A stretch of 63,850 nt of DNA, filler included, from Lama guanicoe (GCA_013239625.1; 198 parts of 198 records of this genome joined end to end with filler, not necessarily neighbours in it), one strand, 5' to 3'. Counted from the first letter of the whole stretch, positions 24,446 to 37,464 are shown. Numbers and translations: made by a program. The notes: generated from the sequence alone by a model not told the origin.

Positions 24446-26483
24446 NNNNNNNNNNNNNNNNNNNNNNNNNNNNNNNNNNNNNNNNNNNNTTAATTAATTA
24501 ANNNNNNNNNNNNNNNNNNNNNNNNNNNNNNNNNNNNNNNNNNNNACATACGGAGTGCTTAGAACATTACATATAGCAAATTTAGTTCTTGTGACTATGT
24601 ATTCTCAGATATTGGCTTATTGAAGCAGATTAGGAAGTCAGAGACCTTTTGCTTCACTTTTTGTGACTGACTTTACTGAGACCTTCAGAGTTGTGCCCAT
24701 TTCATGAGTCTTGTGGATGTGAAACAAGTTCCAGGGGTTGCAGCATGCTAAAATATTTCCCCGTTGTTNNNNNNNNNNNNNNNNNNNNNNNNNNNNNNNN
24801 NNNNNNNNNNNNTTAATTAATTAANNNNNNNNNNNNNNNNNNNNNNNNNNNNNNNNNNNNNNNNNNNNAAGAGGGCACAGTTCCTGACTGTGTTCAGAAC
24901 TCCAGCAGGAAGGCTACACATAAGCTGCTAGGAAACCTTACCTGAAGACACCCCTCCAAACTGACCCTCAGGCTAAACACCTCAACACCTCAAGTGCTAA
25001 ACCCACACCAACTCCACTGTGAGGCTGGCTCCTTGTGTGTGGTCCCCAGGGCTGGAGCAGGAGCCAGCTCAGGTGGACATGAAGTGCTCTCNNNNNNNNN
25101 NNNNNNNNNNNNNNNNNNNNNNNNNNNNNNNNNNNTTAATTAATTAANNNNNNNNNNNNNNNNNNNNNNNNNNNNNNNNNNNNNNNNNNNNCAGCCATGG
25201 CCCCTGGAACTCTTATTCGGGCTCCATTCTACCCCCTCCCAACACTTTCAACTCCCACCTGGCAGTTAGTTTTGCCTCTTGACAGTTAACCTCTCAGTCT
25301 TTCCTGCTTCCAGCAAGCACCCCTGGCCCCCGCAGCTTCACTCACTCCTCAGACCACTGTCTGTGTTCTCCTGTTCTTCTTATTCTAGAACAACCCATCC
25401 CCCAGTAGAGTGACNNNNNNNNNNNNNNNNNNNNNNNNNNNNNNNNNNNNNNNNNNNNTTAATTAATTAANNNNNNNNNNNNNNNNNNNNNNNNNNNNNN
25501 NNNNNNNNNNNNNNTTTTTTTTGAAGCATGACCAGTCATGTTTCTTAAGATTTCTGCCTGGAAGAGCCACCCTCCATTTCTGCTCATGGTTCATTCATCA
25601 GATGGCGGTGCCTGAGGTCAACAGGGTGAGAGCTCCCAACCCTCCCACCGGGGCCGGGGCCGGTGAGCAGGGAGACACCTGCACACCAGGACTCACACGT
25701 GCAAACCAAATAGTAACTCCCTCTATTTTCTAGAACCNNNNNNNNNNNNNNNNNNNNNNNNNNNNNNNNNNNNNNNNNNNNTTAATTAATTAANNNNNNN
25801 NNNNNNNNNNNNNNNNNNNNNNNNNNNNNNNNNNNNNCTCACAGGTCTGCAGCTCGTCTACCCCTGTGCTCTCCTGCGGTGGCCTCCGTGCGGTCTGGGT
25901 GAGGGTGGTCTCATAAGCCCAACATGACAGTTCTCGTAGACAGTCTCCAGAATACTGGGCTAACGGGCATGCCTGTCTGGGGACTGGATGTGCTCTGTAG
26001 TTTGATGAATATTGACCTGAGTACTGCTTCCTTCAGGTCGGTTGGAATAATCCCCAGAGCNNNNNNNNNNNNNNNNNNNNNNNNNNNNNNNNNNNNNNNN
26101 NNNNTTAATTAATTAANNNNNNNNNNNNNNNNNNNNNNNNNNNNNNNNNNNNNNNNNNNNGTTAGTGCATGTATCTCTTCATATTAGAGTGTTGCTCTGG
26201 ATACATGCTCAGCAGGGGGATCTCGGACTTTTCTCGCTTCTGACCTAAACAGGAGGAGGTCACTATGTGGAACTTACACTTCAGGAGAGGGGGCTTTAGC
26301 TCCACCTCCTTGGTGGATGTCATAGATTATTAAGAAATCTTCTGCATAGGAGTTTTCTATTCAATCCCATTAAAATAAAAAAANNNNNNNNNNNNNNNNN
26401 NNNNNNNNNNNNNNNNNNNNNNNNNNNTTAATTAATTAANNNNNNNNNNNNNNNNNNNNNNNNNNNNNNNNNNNNNNNNNNNN

Positions 26484-26706
26484 ACATACAGAATGGGAGA
26501 AAATATTTGCAAATGGTGTGACTGACAAGGGATTAATTTGTAAAATATATACACAGCTCATACAGCTCAATATCAAAAAGAACATACAACCCATCAAAAA
26601 TGGGCAAAATATCTAAACAGACATTTCTCCAAAGAAGACATCCACATGGCCAATGGGCACAAGAAAAGATGCTCAATATCTCTAATTATCAGAGAAATGC
26701 AAATCA
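26484..26706 (+). mobile_element. L1 ORF2 fragment
   Basis: ACAGAATGGGAGAAAATATTTGCAAAT...AAACAGACATTTCTCCAAAGAAGACAT...AGAGAAATGCAAATCA. Confidence 0.95.
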
Positions 26707-26806
26707 NNNNNNNNNNNNNNNNNNNNNNNNNNNNNNNNNNNNNNNNNNNNTTAATTAATTAANNNNNNNNNNNNNNNNNNNNNNNNNNNNNNNNNNNNNN
26801 NNNNNN

Positions 26807-27029
26807 GGACATTTTTCCAAAGAAGATATACAGGTGGCCAACAAGCATGTGAAAAGGTACTCAGTATCACTAATCATCAGTGAAATGCTAATCAAAACCA
26901 CAACGAGGTATCTGTCACCTCACACTCATCAGAATGGCCATCATCAAAAAGGCCACAAATAACACATGTTGGCAAGGATGTGGAGAAAAGGGAGCCCTCA
27001 CGCACTGTTTGTGGGAATGTAAACTAGTG
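26807..27029 (+). mobile_element. L1 ORF2 fragment (cysteine-rich C-terminal region)
   Basis: ATCAAAACCACAACGAG...TGTTGGCAAGGATGTGGAGAAAAGGGA...CACTGTTTGTGGGAATGTAAACTAGTG. Confidence 0.95.
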
Positions 27030-28744
27030 NNNNNNNNNNNNNNNNNNNNNNNNNNNNNNNNNNNNNNNNNNNNTTAATTAATTAANNNNNNNNNNNNNNN
27101 NNNNNNNNNNNNNNNNNNNNNNNNNNNNNATTTTTCTATTTTCTTTCAACAAAAATGAAACCAAAAAACTAACAGAAGAACCAAAACACTATCTTAGCTA
27201 CAAGACGTGCCTGATATTTTTAAGAACAAAGCACTTACTTTTGGTTAATAGTGATTTCTGAAACCTTGAATGCTGATACATTTTTCCAAGATTTTAAATA
27301 AATGCTTCAGTGACTTCTATTGGTGCATCTCAAAGCGAGGAAGAACGATTCTNNNNNNNNNNNNNNNNNNNNNNNNNNNNNNNNNNNNNNNNNNNNTTAA
27401 TTAATTAANNNNNNNNNNNNNNNNNNNNNNNNNNNNNNNNNNNNNNNNNNNNTGTCACCTAAGCGTGCAGCATTTCTGGCTTCAGTATTTGCAGGGATCA
27501 GGACAGGTCTTAGGCGGAGGCTGTGGGACGCGGACACAGGCAGGCCTCAGGGCTCTGAGGGAGCAAATCCGCAGACCCAGGAATGGCGACACAGCTCAGG
27601 CCTGAGGGCAGCCTTTGCCTTTGGCATGGCCTCGAGGCCAGCAAGGAGTGGCGGAGGACACGTGGAAGCCCCAGGNNNNNNNNNNNNNNNNNNNNNNNNN
27701 NNNNNNNNNNNNNNNNNNNTTAATTAATTAANNNNNNNNNNNNNNNNNNNNNNNNNNNNNNNNNNNNNNNNNNNNACAAACTGGAGGTGTAGTAACTTGC
27801 TTCCCTGCTTCCAGACAAAGCCCAGATTTTATTGTCTCTGAATTTTAATATCTCATATTTTCACATTCCCTTTCATTTTTCTCATCCAAATCACCCATGA
27901 AAGCTTTTATTCAAAGCCTTCTTTCTCAAGGGCTGGAAGCACCTTCCAGGGACATTTCTCCTAGAAATGATTTAATTTTAATGGGAATCAAATTTTGANN
28001 NNNNNNNNNNNNNNNNNNNNNNNNNNNNNNNNNNNNNNNNNNTTAATTAATTAANNNNNNNNNNNNNNNNNNNNNNNNNNNNNNNNNNNNNNNNNNNNAG
28101 AAACGTGTACATGGCAGCAAAAGTTTGGAATAGTCTGGGAATACTTACATAAAGCTCTGACTTTATCCTATGACAGGTGGTCAGCTGAGGAGGACACGGG
28201 TTCAGGCGCCCATCCTGCAGTGTTCAGAGGAAGAGAGGGAACGAAAGTCCGCTTCAAAGACCCATGTGCCCAAGGGCTCTACACCCAGGGGGAGCTTGTT
28301 CTAGGGCCCCCTTACCCAAGANNNNNNNNNNNNNNNNNNNNNNNNNNNNNNNNNNNNNNNNNNNNTTAATTAATTAANNNNNNNNNNNNNNNNNNNNNNN
28401 NNNNNNNNNNNNNNNNNNNNNAGCTTGTTCTCAATCTCATGTACTCTCTGCCCAGGAAGGCCAAACGGTGCTTCAGAAGGGTGACCTGGGTACTCAGAAA
28501 ACCCCTGCCGCCGGTGCAGCACTTTGGGATTCTCCCCGAACAGCAGGTATATTCTGTCACTTCACATGGAAGTGAACGGCTTTATTCAGAGGTTTAGAAC
28601 GTTTTTTTCTGAACCCTTCCCTTGGTCAACACTGAGAGTCAGTCNNNNNNNNNNNNNNNNNNNNNNNNNNNNNNNNNNNNNNNNNNNNTTAATTAATTAA
28701 NNNNNNNNNNNNNNNNNNNNNNNNNNNNNNNNNNNNNNNNNNNN

Positions 28745-28916
28745 AGGTGCTGGGGATTGAACCCGGACCTTGTGCATGTTAGGCGTGCGCTCTACCACTG
28801 AGCTCTATCCTTCCCCTTTTAATTTTTTTTTTAATTGGAGATATTGGAGATTGAAGCCAGGACCTCGGGCTTGCTAAACGTGCACACTGCTGCTGAGCTG
28901 CATACCGTAGTCCCCC
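28745..28916 (-). mobile_element. Two tandem Vic-1-like tRNA-derived SINEs (28745-28816 and ~28817-28916)
   Basis: GGGGATTGAACCCGGACC...CTCTACCACTGAGCT, then a poly-T tail and a more degraded GGAGATTGAAGCCAGGACCTC...CTGAGCTGCATACC; both antisense to the SINE at 1-148. Confidence 0.85.
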
Positions 28917-29067
28917 TAGTTGCATTTGTTGATGCTTCGGGAACCAACAACATTTTCTCTCATCAAANNNNNNNNNNNNNNNNNNNNNNNNNNNNNNNNN
29001 NNNNNNNNNNNTTAATTAATTAANNNNNNNNNNNNNNNNNNNNNNNNNNNNNNNNNNNNNNNNNNNN

Positions 29068-29936
29068 GAGTAACCCCGGATGAGATCAGCAAAGGGAATT
29101 TTTTCCCACAAAATTAGTATAGACGCATTTTTGTTTAGTCTTTTAAACAGGAGTGTGCTTGTATGGCACAGGTAACCAATGCGGTGATTAATGCCACCAA
29201 TTCCAACACCAGTGACCTAGCTCACGAACGCATGCATGTCATGGTTACAAAGAATAAAAATAATGAAACAATCCCGGTCTTTAAAAGAAANNNNNNNNNN
29301 NNNNNNNNNNNNNNNNNNNNNNNNNNNNNNNNNNTTAATTAATTAANNNNNNNNNNNNNNNNNNNNNNNNNNNNNNNNNNNNNNNNNNNNATTCTGATGA
29401 AATATATATAGTGTGTATGTTAACCTGCATTAATAAACACTTACTATACATACCACTACTATTTGAGTATAGCGTTAAAATTATGAAATACTGTGTGTTT
29501 GATCACATGCATAACATACACACACGCACGCACATGCACACACACACGATCTTTGTTTCTCTTACCATCGTTTTATTTTCGCTCACATCAAACCAGTAGG
29601 GTGTGCTCATGACNNNNNNNNNNNNNNNNNNNNNNNNNNNNNNNNNNNNNNNNNNNNTTAATTAATTAANNNNNNNNNNNNNNNNNNNNNNNNNNNNNNN
29701 NNNNNNNNNNNNNGAGTAACCCCGGATGAGATCAGCAAAGGGAATTTTTTCCCACAAAATTAATATAGACGCATTTTTGTTTAGTCTTTTAAACAGGAGC
29801 ATGCTTGTATAGCACAGGTAACCAATGCGGTGATTAATACCACCAATTCCAACACCAGTGACCTAGCTCACGAACGCATGCATGTCGTGGTTACAAAGAA
29901 TAAAAATAATGAAACAATCCCGGTCTTTAAAAGAAA
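29068..29936 (+). repeat. Near-identical contig pair D (29068-29290 and 29714-29936)
   Basis: 6 substitutions, all transitions; 49 identical nt at each end. Confidence 0.97.
29514..29548. repeat. Imperfect (CA)n microsatellite
   Basis: ACATACACACACGCACGCACATGCACACACACACG. Confidence 0.7.
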
Positions 29937-32784
29937 NNNNNNNNNNNNNNNNNNNNNNNNNNNNNNNNNNNNNNNNNNNNTTAATTAATTAANNNNNNNN
30001 NNNNNNNNNNNNNNNNNNNNNNNNNNNNNNNNNNNNGGATACAAGCCCAGGAGTGGGATTCCTGGGTCATATGGTAAGTCTATGCTTCTTGACTCATTAA
30101 ATTTAGACGGTATTTATTGACTCCTGAAACAAAGAAATTAGCAAAACTACCTTTCTTTCTTCCTCTTCTGCTTCCCATTCTGGCTTTTGTTATATTATTA
30201 TTTTTACACGGTCAAAGTTAAAGACGATGCATTCTGTTCTGTGACTCTAATTATCCAANNNNNNNNNNNNNNNNNNNNNNNNNNNNNNNNNNNNNNNNNN
30301 NNTTAATTAATTAANNNNNNNNNNNNNNNNNNNNNNNNNNNNNNNNNNNNNNNNNNNNATCTTATGTTGTTAAATTTTGAATTTTCTCTCAATATCTCTT
30401 CCACTCTGTCTTTTTGTATATAAAAGGAATCAAAATTAGTAAATTTATTTTCATAACCGTAGATTCATATTGCTTATTCTGGTCTACTTAATCTGCTGGA
30501 TTTATAGAGCATTGTATTAAAAATCAAATTAGTATCAATAATCTATCCAGTTCTCTTTACAATTTTGGCTGTTTTGGTTTANNNNNNNNNNNNNNNNNNN
30601 NNNNNNNNNNNNNNNNNNNNNNNNNTTAATTAATTAANNNNNNNNNNNNNNNNNNNNNNNNNNNNNNNNNNNNNNNNNNNNAAAGTATATGTGGAAATAA
30701 GATGGCAAATTTATTCAGTCCTGACATAGGTGGGGTGACAGGGTCACTTCTCAAATTCTACGTAGTTTTAATTGATATGGATCTTTCATACAAAGAGAGT
30801 CTTAACTGATATTTCTCTGCTGTAGTCCATTTTATGCTTCTGAAACCCTTTAGCAACTTGAACTTAAGGCTAATATGTGATTGGTTACCAATGGCTCAGT
30901 CTGANNNNNNNNNNNNNNNNNNNNNNNNNNNNNNNNNNNNNNNNNNNNTTAATTAATTAANNNNNNNNNNNNNNNNNNNNNNNNNNNNNNNNNNNNNNNN
31001 NNNNATTGCATTGTGATTATGTTTTTTTTTCCCCCTGCTCTAGGCTATAAGCTATTTGAAGTCAGATACTGTATCGTCTTCATCTTGACTTCCCATCTGA
31101 GCCCAGTGAAGATGCTCACAACTGGCTGTTGAATAAATTTATGCTTTCTTGATGATGCAAAGTCATCATTTGACATAGAAGAAGCTATTGAGCTGAACAG
31201 AGCTTAGCACTAAAAGTTCTCTCTAGANNNNNNNNNNNNNNNNNNNNNNNNNNNNNNNNNNNNNNNNNNNNTTAATTAATTAANNNNNNNNNNNNNNNNN
31301 NNNNNNNNNNNNNNNNNNNNNNNNNNNTAGTTTTCAAAGTACCAGAGAACTTTTGTACTTTTGCCAATAGTCTAGAGTTTCCCAGGTAGATATCTACAGA
31401 TGGACAAAGAAACAATATTCTTCTTTAGAATTTCCAATTTTTAAATTAAACTGTAGCTTCTGACTTATCAGTATAGAACCTTGTTAAGGTGATCACAGTA
31501 CAACCCACTGTCTGATAAGAGAGCTGGAAATTAACTGCTGAACCAGCCCANNNNNNNNNNNNNNNNNNNNNNNNNNNNNNNNNNNNNNNNNNNNTTAATT
31601 AATTAANNNNNNNNNNNNNNNNNNNNNNNNNNNNNNNNNNNNNNNNNNNNTTGTTTGGCCTACACAGTGTTCTTTTAAACTTTGGGTCAACATTTAAAAT
31701 TCAGGTTTAAATTTAGAGGTTATAGACAAACTCAAGATTTCCAGATGCTCTTGAAAAATCAGAATGTCTGTCAACATTGAGTGAAATTTCCTGACCGAAA
31801 ATATTGCAATGGAGTCAAGTCAGTCCAGTTCTTTTGAACACAGCTCTTGCCCTCACAATAACAAATGTAACCCNNNNNNNNNNNNNNNNNNNNNNNNNNN
31901 NNNNNNNNNNNNNNNNNTTAATTAATTAANNNNNNNNNNNNNNNNNNNNNNNNNNNNNNNNNNNNNNNNNNNNTAAATGTAGTTGTCTTCCCCGTTTCCA
32001 ATCAGGCAGGTTTATCATTTCCAAAAGTCATTTTCTCACAGCCTCAAGTCATCTCATTTTTTTGTTCTTATCATTCTGTAAACTTTTCCTCATTACTCTA
32101 TTGATGTCACCTTCAGTATTATCTTGAAAATAAAATTTTAAAATCTCCTTGCTAAATCTCTGATCTTCCCACAGAGAAGGAAATGTAATTGCTTTGNNNN
32201 NNNNNNNNNNNNNNNNNNNNNNNNNNNNNNNNNNNNNNNNTTAATTAATTAANNNNNNNNNNNNNNNNNNNNNNNNNNNNNNNNNNNNNNNNNNNNAACA
32301 GTGTTTCCCAGATTCACCTCCCTGTATGTCTCTGCTTAAGGTTGGCCACAAGAGAAAGCCATGCAAGATGAGCAGAAGTGAACAGAAGTTTTGTCTGTTC
32401 CTTAGAGGCGGTTGCAATTCAGGCCCTGTCATGGCTCCCACGTGCTTTGCAGCTCTGCTGGATCACCTTCCTGGTGAAGGCAGTGACAGAGTACATGCCC
32501 CCTCTGACTCCCAAGGGATNNNNNNNNNNNNNNNNNNNNNNNNNNNNNNNNNNNNNNNNNNNNTTAATTAATTAANNNNNNNNNNNNNNNNNNNNNNNNN
32601 NNNNNNNNNNNNNNNNNNNCGAGGTCAGATCAATGGAACAACATTGATGGGGAACACACAGCTGCTGCCTTGGAGCCCCCTTTTGTGAGACAGAAGAAAC
32701 ATTGGTGTGAGTTCACTCTAGTTCTGAGAATGAGATGTTGCATAGGTCCTGTTGCGGAAAATTCATTAGGAAACTAGTTAGTTT

Positions 32785-32842
32785 TCTTGTTTATTTGGTG
32801 GGGGTGGGAGTGAAGGTAATTAGGTTCGTCCATTTATTTTTA
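32785..32842 (-). mobile_element. 3' tail of a Vic-1-like SINE
   Basis: GGTAATTAGGTT is the reverse complement of AACCTAATTACC in the SINE at 1-148. Confidence 0.6.
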
Positions 32843-33265
32843 NNNNNNNNNNNNNNNNNNNNNNNNNNNNNNNNNNNNNNNNNNNNTTAATTAATTAANN
32901 NNNNNNNNNNNNNNNNNNNNNNNNNNNNNNNNNNNNNNNNNNGTTTTCCCATTATCACAAATGAAATTAAGCTTCAAGATTCATTAATTTTATACAAAAT
33001 AAATGTTTTGCTAAATTCTGTACTTCCTGCAAGCATCAAACAGCCCTCTAGCGTTTGCACTTGTGTGGATATGTTAAATGTCTTCTAGGTAACTTGGCCA
33101 GTTGGATTCTCCAGCTGGGAAGTTTTGAACTTTAGGTTTTTGTTTTGTTTTGTTTAACATTTTTTNNNNNNNNNNNNNNNNNNNNNNNNNNNNNNNNNNN
33201 NNNNNNNNNTTAATTAATTAANNNNNNNNNNNNNNNNNNNNNNNNNNNNNNNNNNNNNNNNNNNN

Positions 33266-33488
33266 ATCATCAGGGAAGGGAAGATTAAAACTACAATGAG
33301 ATTATAGAATACACCCATCAGAAAGGTGAAGATTAAGAAAAGACTGACAATGTGACTTATTGATCAGAAAGTAGCACCAGATCCCTCATACACTGTTGAT
33401 GAGATTATTAGACCAATTTTGAAAAAAAGTGCTTAGCATTATCTACTAAAACTAAATGTACATATTTCCTAAGCCCATACCACTCCCA
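33266..33488 (+). mobile_element. Old L1 ORF2 3' fragment
   Basis: ATCATCAGGGAA...ATTAAAACTACAATGAGAT...AAAGACTGACAAT...CTCATACACTGTTGATG. Confidence 0.75.
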
Positions 33489-35526
33489 NNNNNNNNNNNN
33501 NNNNNNNNNNNNNNNNNNNNNNNNNNNNNNNNTTAATTAATTAANNNNNNNNNNNNNNNNNNNNNNNNNNNNNNNNNNNNNNNNNNNNTACTCTGAATTT
33601 GTGAAAATTCAATATATATATTTTAAGTCTCAAGCTTACATTATGAATCAAGCAAACTACTTAATAAAATAGTTAGATAATTCAAACGCATATTTTATTA
33701 TGATCAAAAAATAATCTGAGGGCAGTTGAACTGCAATGCAGGAAATAAGGTCTCAAGTTCATAGTTTCTTGGAAGACTTTCATTTTCACAATTTGAATAA
33801 ATTTTTATTCCNNNNNNNNNNNNNNNNNNNNNNNNNNNNNNNNNNNNNNNNNNNNTTAATTAATTAANNNNNNNNNNNNNNNNNNNNNNNNNNNNNNNNN
33901 NNNNNNNNNNNCTCCCTGTGAGGAGCAAAGTCAAGCAGACAGACAACACCCCCGCCCCCCAAAACCTCTCCCCATGAGGCAGGACTGGCTGAGATTTTGT
34001 AAACGCACAAGATGCGGTCTTTGGGCAACGATAGTCAGGAAAATAAAGATGTGTAAGCATGGCTGAAGTGTAAGGTACTTCGAGCAGCCAGACTGGTTTT
34101 TAATGACGCATGTGACATACATTCAAAATATTTCNNNNNNNNNNNNNNNNNNNNNNNNNNNNNNNNNNNNNNNNNNNNTTAATTAATTAANNNNNNNNNN
34201 NNNNNNNNNNNNNNNNNNNNNNNNNNNNNNNNNNTGAACCCATTAAAACTGTAGATTTCCAAACACATTAAACAGAGTTATAGGTAGCACTCGTTAATGT
34301 TGGTCACCGTAGAAAGATTTCTATTAACAATGTATATTCAAATAAAGAGGGTAATTGTTTTCTAACACAGTGGTGTTTATAAGTGTTTTCTTATATTGAA
34401 TTGATACGATCAGTAATTTGAAAAGTATAACAACTCTTCTATGATTTATCACAAGTANNNNNNNNNNNNNNNNNNNNNNNNNNNNNNNNNNNNNNNNNNN
34501 NTTAATTAATTAANNNNNNNNNNNNNNNNNNNNNNNNNNNNNNNNNNNNNNNNNNNNGTAAAGTGTAAACATTAGATGAATTACTCTAATAACTGAATCA
34601 TCACTAAATGAGAACTAAACTCAAGAGCTGTGTAGCTATGTGTTATTATCCAGAAACAATCCCTAAATTTCAGTAATTAAATGCATTTGTTGTCATAGGA
34701 CACAGTGACAAAAATCTGTAGCTGGAAATTGAATCAATATGTAGTTGTCCTTTGAAGGCTAGATTTGAAGGCTATACTTANNNNNNNNNNNNNNNNNNNN
34801 NNNNNNNNNNNNNNNNNNNNNNNNTTAATTAATTAANNNNNNNNNNNNNNNNNNNNNNNNNNNNNNNNNNNNNNNNNNNNTAATGAACACATTTCCAACA
34901 ATCAGCTCCCCAAGCGTCCCTTACCTTTTATCTGAAATTGGGTTAATAATATATACTTCTCAGGTCTATCATGACTGAAAAATTAGATTTTGAACCATTT
35001 TTGTAAACATCTTATTGCACACTATACGTAATGATACAATGAATAGTTCTCATTTGGAGCCTACTCAGTTTTTGTCAATACCTGAGAAAAGTTACAATAA
35101 AAANNNNNNNNNNNNNNNNNNNNNNNNNNNNNNNNNNNNNNNNNNNNTTAATTAATTAANNNNNNNNNNNNNNNNNNNNNNNNNNNNNNNNNNNNNNNNN
35201 NNNACAAACTATGGGTTCCTCTTTCTTCCTGCCATTATACAATCCCACCAGAACTCATTACAGTGTTGTCTGCTCATGTGGTAACCAAACTCAGAGAAGA
35301 GTCAACTCAACAGAGCGCTGTGCTGGGGAGAACACCCCGCAGCAGCACGGCGGTCTGCCTGCCCTCCCGCACACTCCGCTGACCCCTAGTGTCCTCCGTG
35401 GAGACCAGGCCAACAGAGCTGTTCCCNNNNNNNNNNNNNNNNNNNNNNNNNNNNNNNNNNNNNNNNNNNNTTAATTAATTAANNNNNNNNNNNNNNNNNN
35501 NNNNNNNNNNNNNNNNNNNNNNNNNN

Positions 35527-35749
35527 TTTTCCATCTCCATGTCAATTGCCTTCCTCCCCTTTGAAGTCCCAAACCACTACCGCAAGAACTCTTTTGTCTT
35601 TAGCTGAAGATGATCTTTAAGGTGAGGGTTTCAACCACTTTGGTGAGTTACTCAGTTTTCCCGGATCTCTCCCAAATATAGTGCTGTTACATTTTTGTGA
35701 GATTTTCTCCTGTTAATCTGTCTTACGTCAATTTAATTCTTAGACAAGC
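35527..35749 (+). mobile_element. ERV1-class LTR 3' part
   Basis: GTCTTTAGCTGAAGATG...TTTGGTGAGTTACTCAGTTTTCC...GATTTTCTCCTGTTAATCTGTCT...TTTAATTCTTAGAC, recalled MER34/39-like LTR U5 region. Confidence 0.55.
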
Positions 35750-35989
35750 NNNNNNNNNNNNNNNNNNNNNNNNNNNNNNNNNNNNNNNNNNNNTTAATTA
35801 ATTAANNNNNNNNNNNNNNNNNNNNNNNNNNNNNNNNNNNNNNNNNNNNCCAGGAAAACCTAATGTTTAACCCTTAGAAAAATGTTTCTGTTTGAGATCA
35901 GATGTAAATGACTAAATACTGATTTTATATATCCACTATTGTAAAGTTGCCTGTATTACATTAATACTTCAGAACAGAACAACAGCCAG

Positions 35990-36072
35990 TGAACTAAGAA
36001 TGTTTTTTACATCTTAAATGTTAAAAAAAAAAAGAAATTAGAATATTTTCTGACATATGATAATTACATGAA
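35990..36072. mobile_element. MER58B-like hAT-Charlie fragment
   Basis: GAACTAAGAATGTTTTTTACAT...AATATTTTCTGACATATGATAATTACATGAA. Confidence 0.55.
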
Positions 36073-36172
36073 NNNNNNNNNNNNNNNNNNNNNNNNNNNN
36101 NNNNNNNNNNNNNNNNTTAATTAATTAANNNNNNNNNNNNNNNNNNNNNNNNNNNNNNNNNNNNNNNNNNNN

Positions 36173-36395
36173 TTGATTTGTATTTCTCTAATAATTAGTG
36201 ATGTTGAGCATCTTTTCATGCACCTGTTAGCCATCTGTGTGTCTTTTTTTGGAAAAATGTTAGTCTTCTGCCCATTTTTCAATTGAATGTTTCTAGTGTT
36301 GAGTTGTAAGAGCTGTTTACACATTTTGGATATTAACTCCTTGTCATCCATGTCATATGCAAACATATTCTCCAATTCAGTAGCTTGTCTTTTTG
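36173..36395 (-). mobile_element. L1 ORF2 fragment
   Basis: ORF 36121-36375 gives ...KKDTQMANRCMKRCSTSLIIREIQI, matching L1 ORF2p. Confidence 0.92.
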
Positions 36396-36495
36396 NNNNN
36401 NNNNNNNNNNNNNNNNNNNNNNNNNNNNNNNNNNNNNNNTTAATTAATTAANNNNNNNNNNNNNNNNNNNNNNNNNNNNNNNNNNNNNNNNNNNN

Positions 36496-36718
36496 GCATT
36501 AACCTTGTTTAGCAAAAAGTGGCTGTGCAGATGTGATTCAATTATTGAAATGGGGAGATTATCCTGGGTTATAGAGGTAGGCGATAAATATTATCACGTG
36601 TCCTTATAAAATGGAGGCCGAGAGAAATTTGGCCAAAGAAAGAAGAAGGTTATGTGATGAGTGAACCACGATACTAAGCTGCCAGCTTTTAAGAAGGAAG
36701 AAAATGCCCTGAGCCAAG
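36496..36718 (+). mobile_element. MLT1D-like MaLR LTR fragment
   Basis: TGCAGATGTGATT...GAAATGGGGAGATTATCCTGGGTTAT...ATCACGTGTCCTTATAA...GAGCCAAG. Confidence 0.75.
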
Positions 36719-37464
36719 NNNNNNNNNNNNNNNNNNNNNNNNNNNNNNNNNNNNNNNNNNNNTTAATTAATTAANNNNNNNNNNNNNNNNNNNNNNNNNN
36801 NNNNNNNNNNNNNNNNNNCTCCTTCCTCACAGCCCACCTCCTACAGCTCCCACCTCACACAGTCCTGAGGGAGTGCCCGGGGCACCTGGGAATGAAACTC
36901 CCTGCCGACTGACCGCTTGGTCCCCTGTCCTCCCACCTCAGGCGTCAGTTTCCCTCTAGGGCACTGAGCAGGCACTCAGAGACAGGATGAGTGGAAAGAC
37001 CTTGATTCCTTGTATCTCAGAAATAATCCTTGGCCCCCTGANNNNNNNNNNNNNNNNNNNNNNNNNNNNNNNNNNNNNNNNNNNNTTAATTAATTAANNN
37101 NNNNNNNNNNNNNNNNNNNNNNNNNNNNNNNNNNNNNNNNNGTCACCATGATCGGGTCCTGAGCCTTGCTCCGTGCAAATGGGAGCAGCGAATCTACATG
37201 GAACAGGGCAGGAGGAGACTGTGCACTGTGCGCTGCCAGCTGGAACATGAGAAAGAACCCTGGAGCCCTGGTAGCCTTCCCCTTCATGAAGGAGGGGGCA
37301 GCCCCAGCCCTGGCTGCACAGCGCCTTCATGAGCATTAGATGAAAGCACTCCCATGTGTGTGTGNNNNNNNNNNNNNNNNNNNNNNNNNNNNNNNNNNNN
37401 NNNNNNNNTTAATTAATTAANNNNNNNNNNNNNNNNNNNNNNNNNNNNNNNNNNNNNNNNNNNN

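Larger units (their letters stand above)
21962..25414 (+). repeat. Near-identical contig pair C (21962-22184 and 25192-25414)
   Basis: 6 substitutions, 49 identical nt at each end. Confidence 0.97.

Noticed and set aside
26484..27029. Adjacent L1 ORF2 contigs that look like one continuous element
   Set aside because: They overlap in L1 consensus coordinates with many mismatches, so they are different copies that are adjacent by chance.
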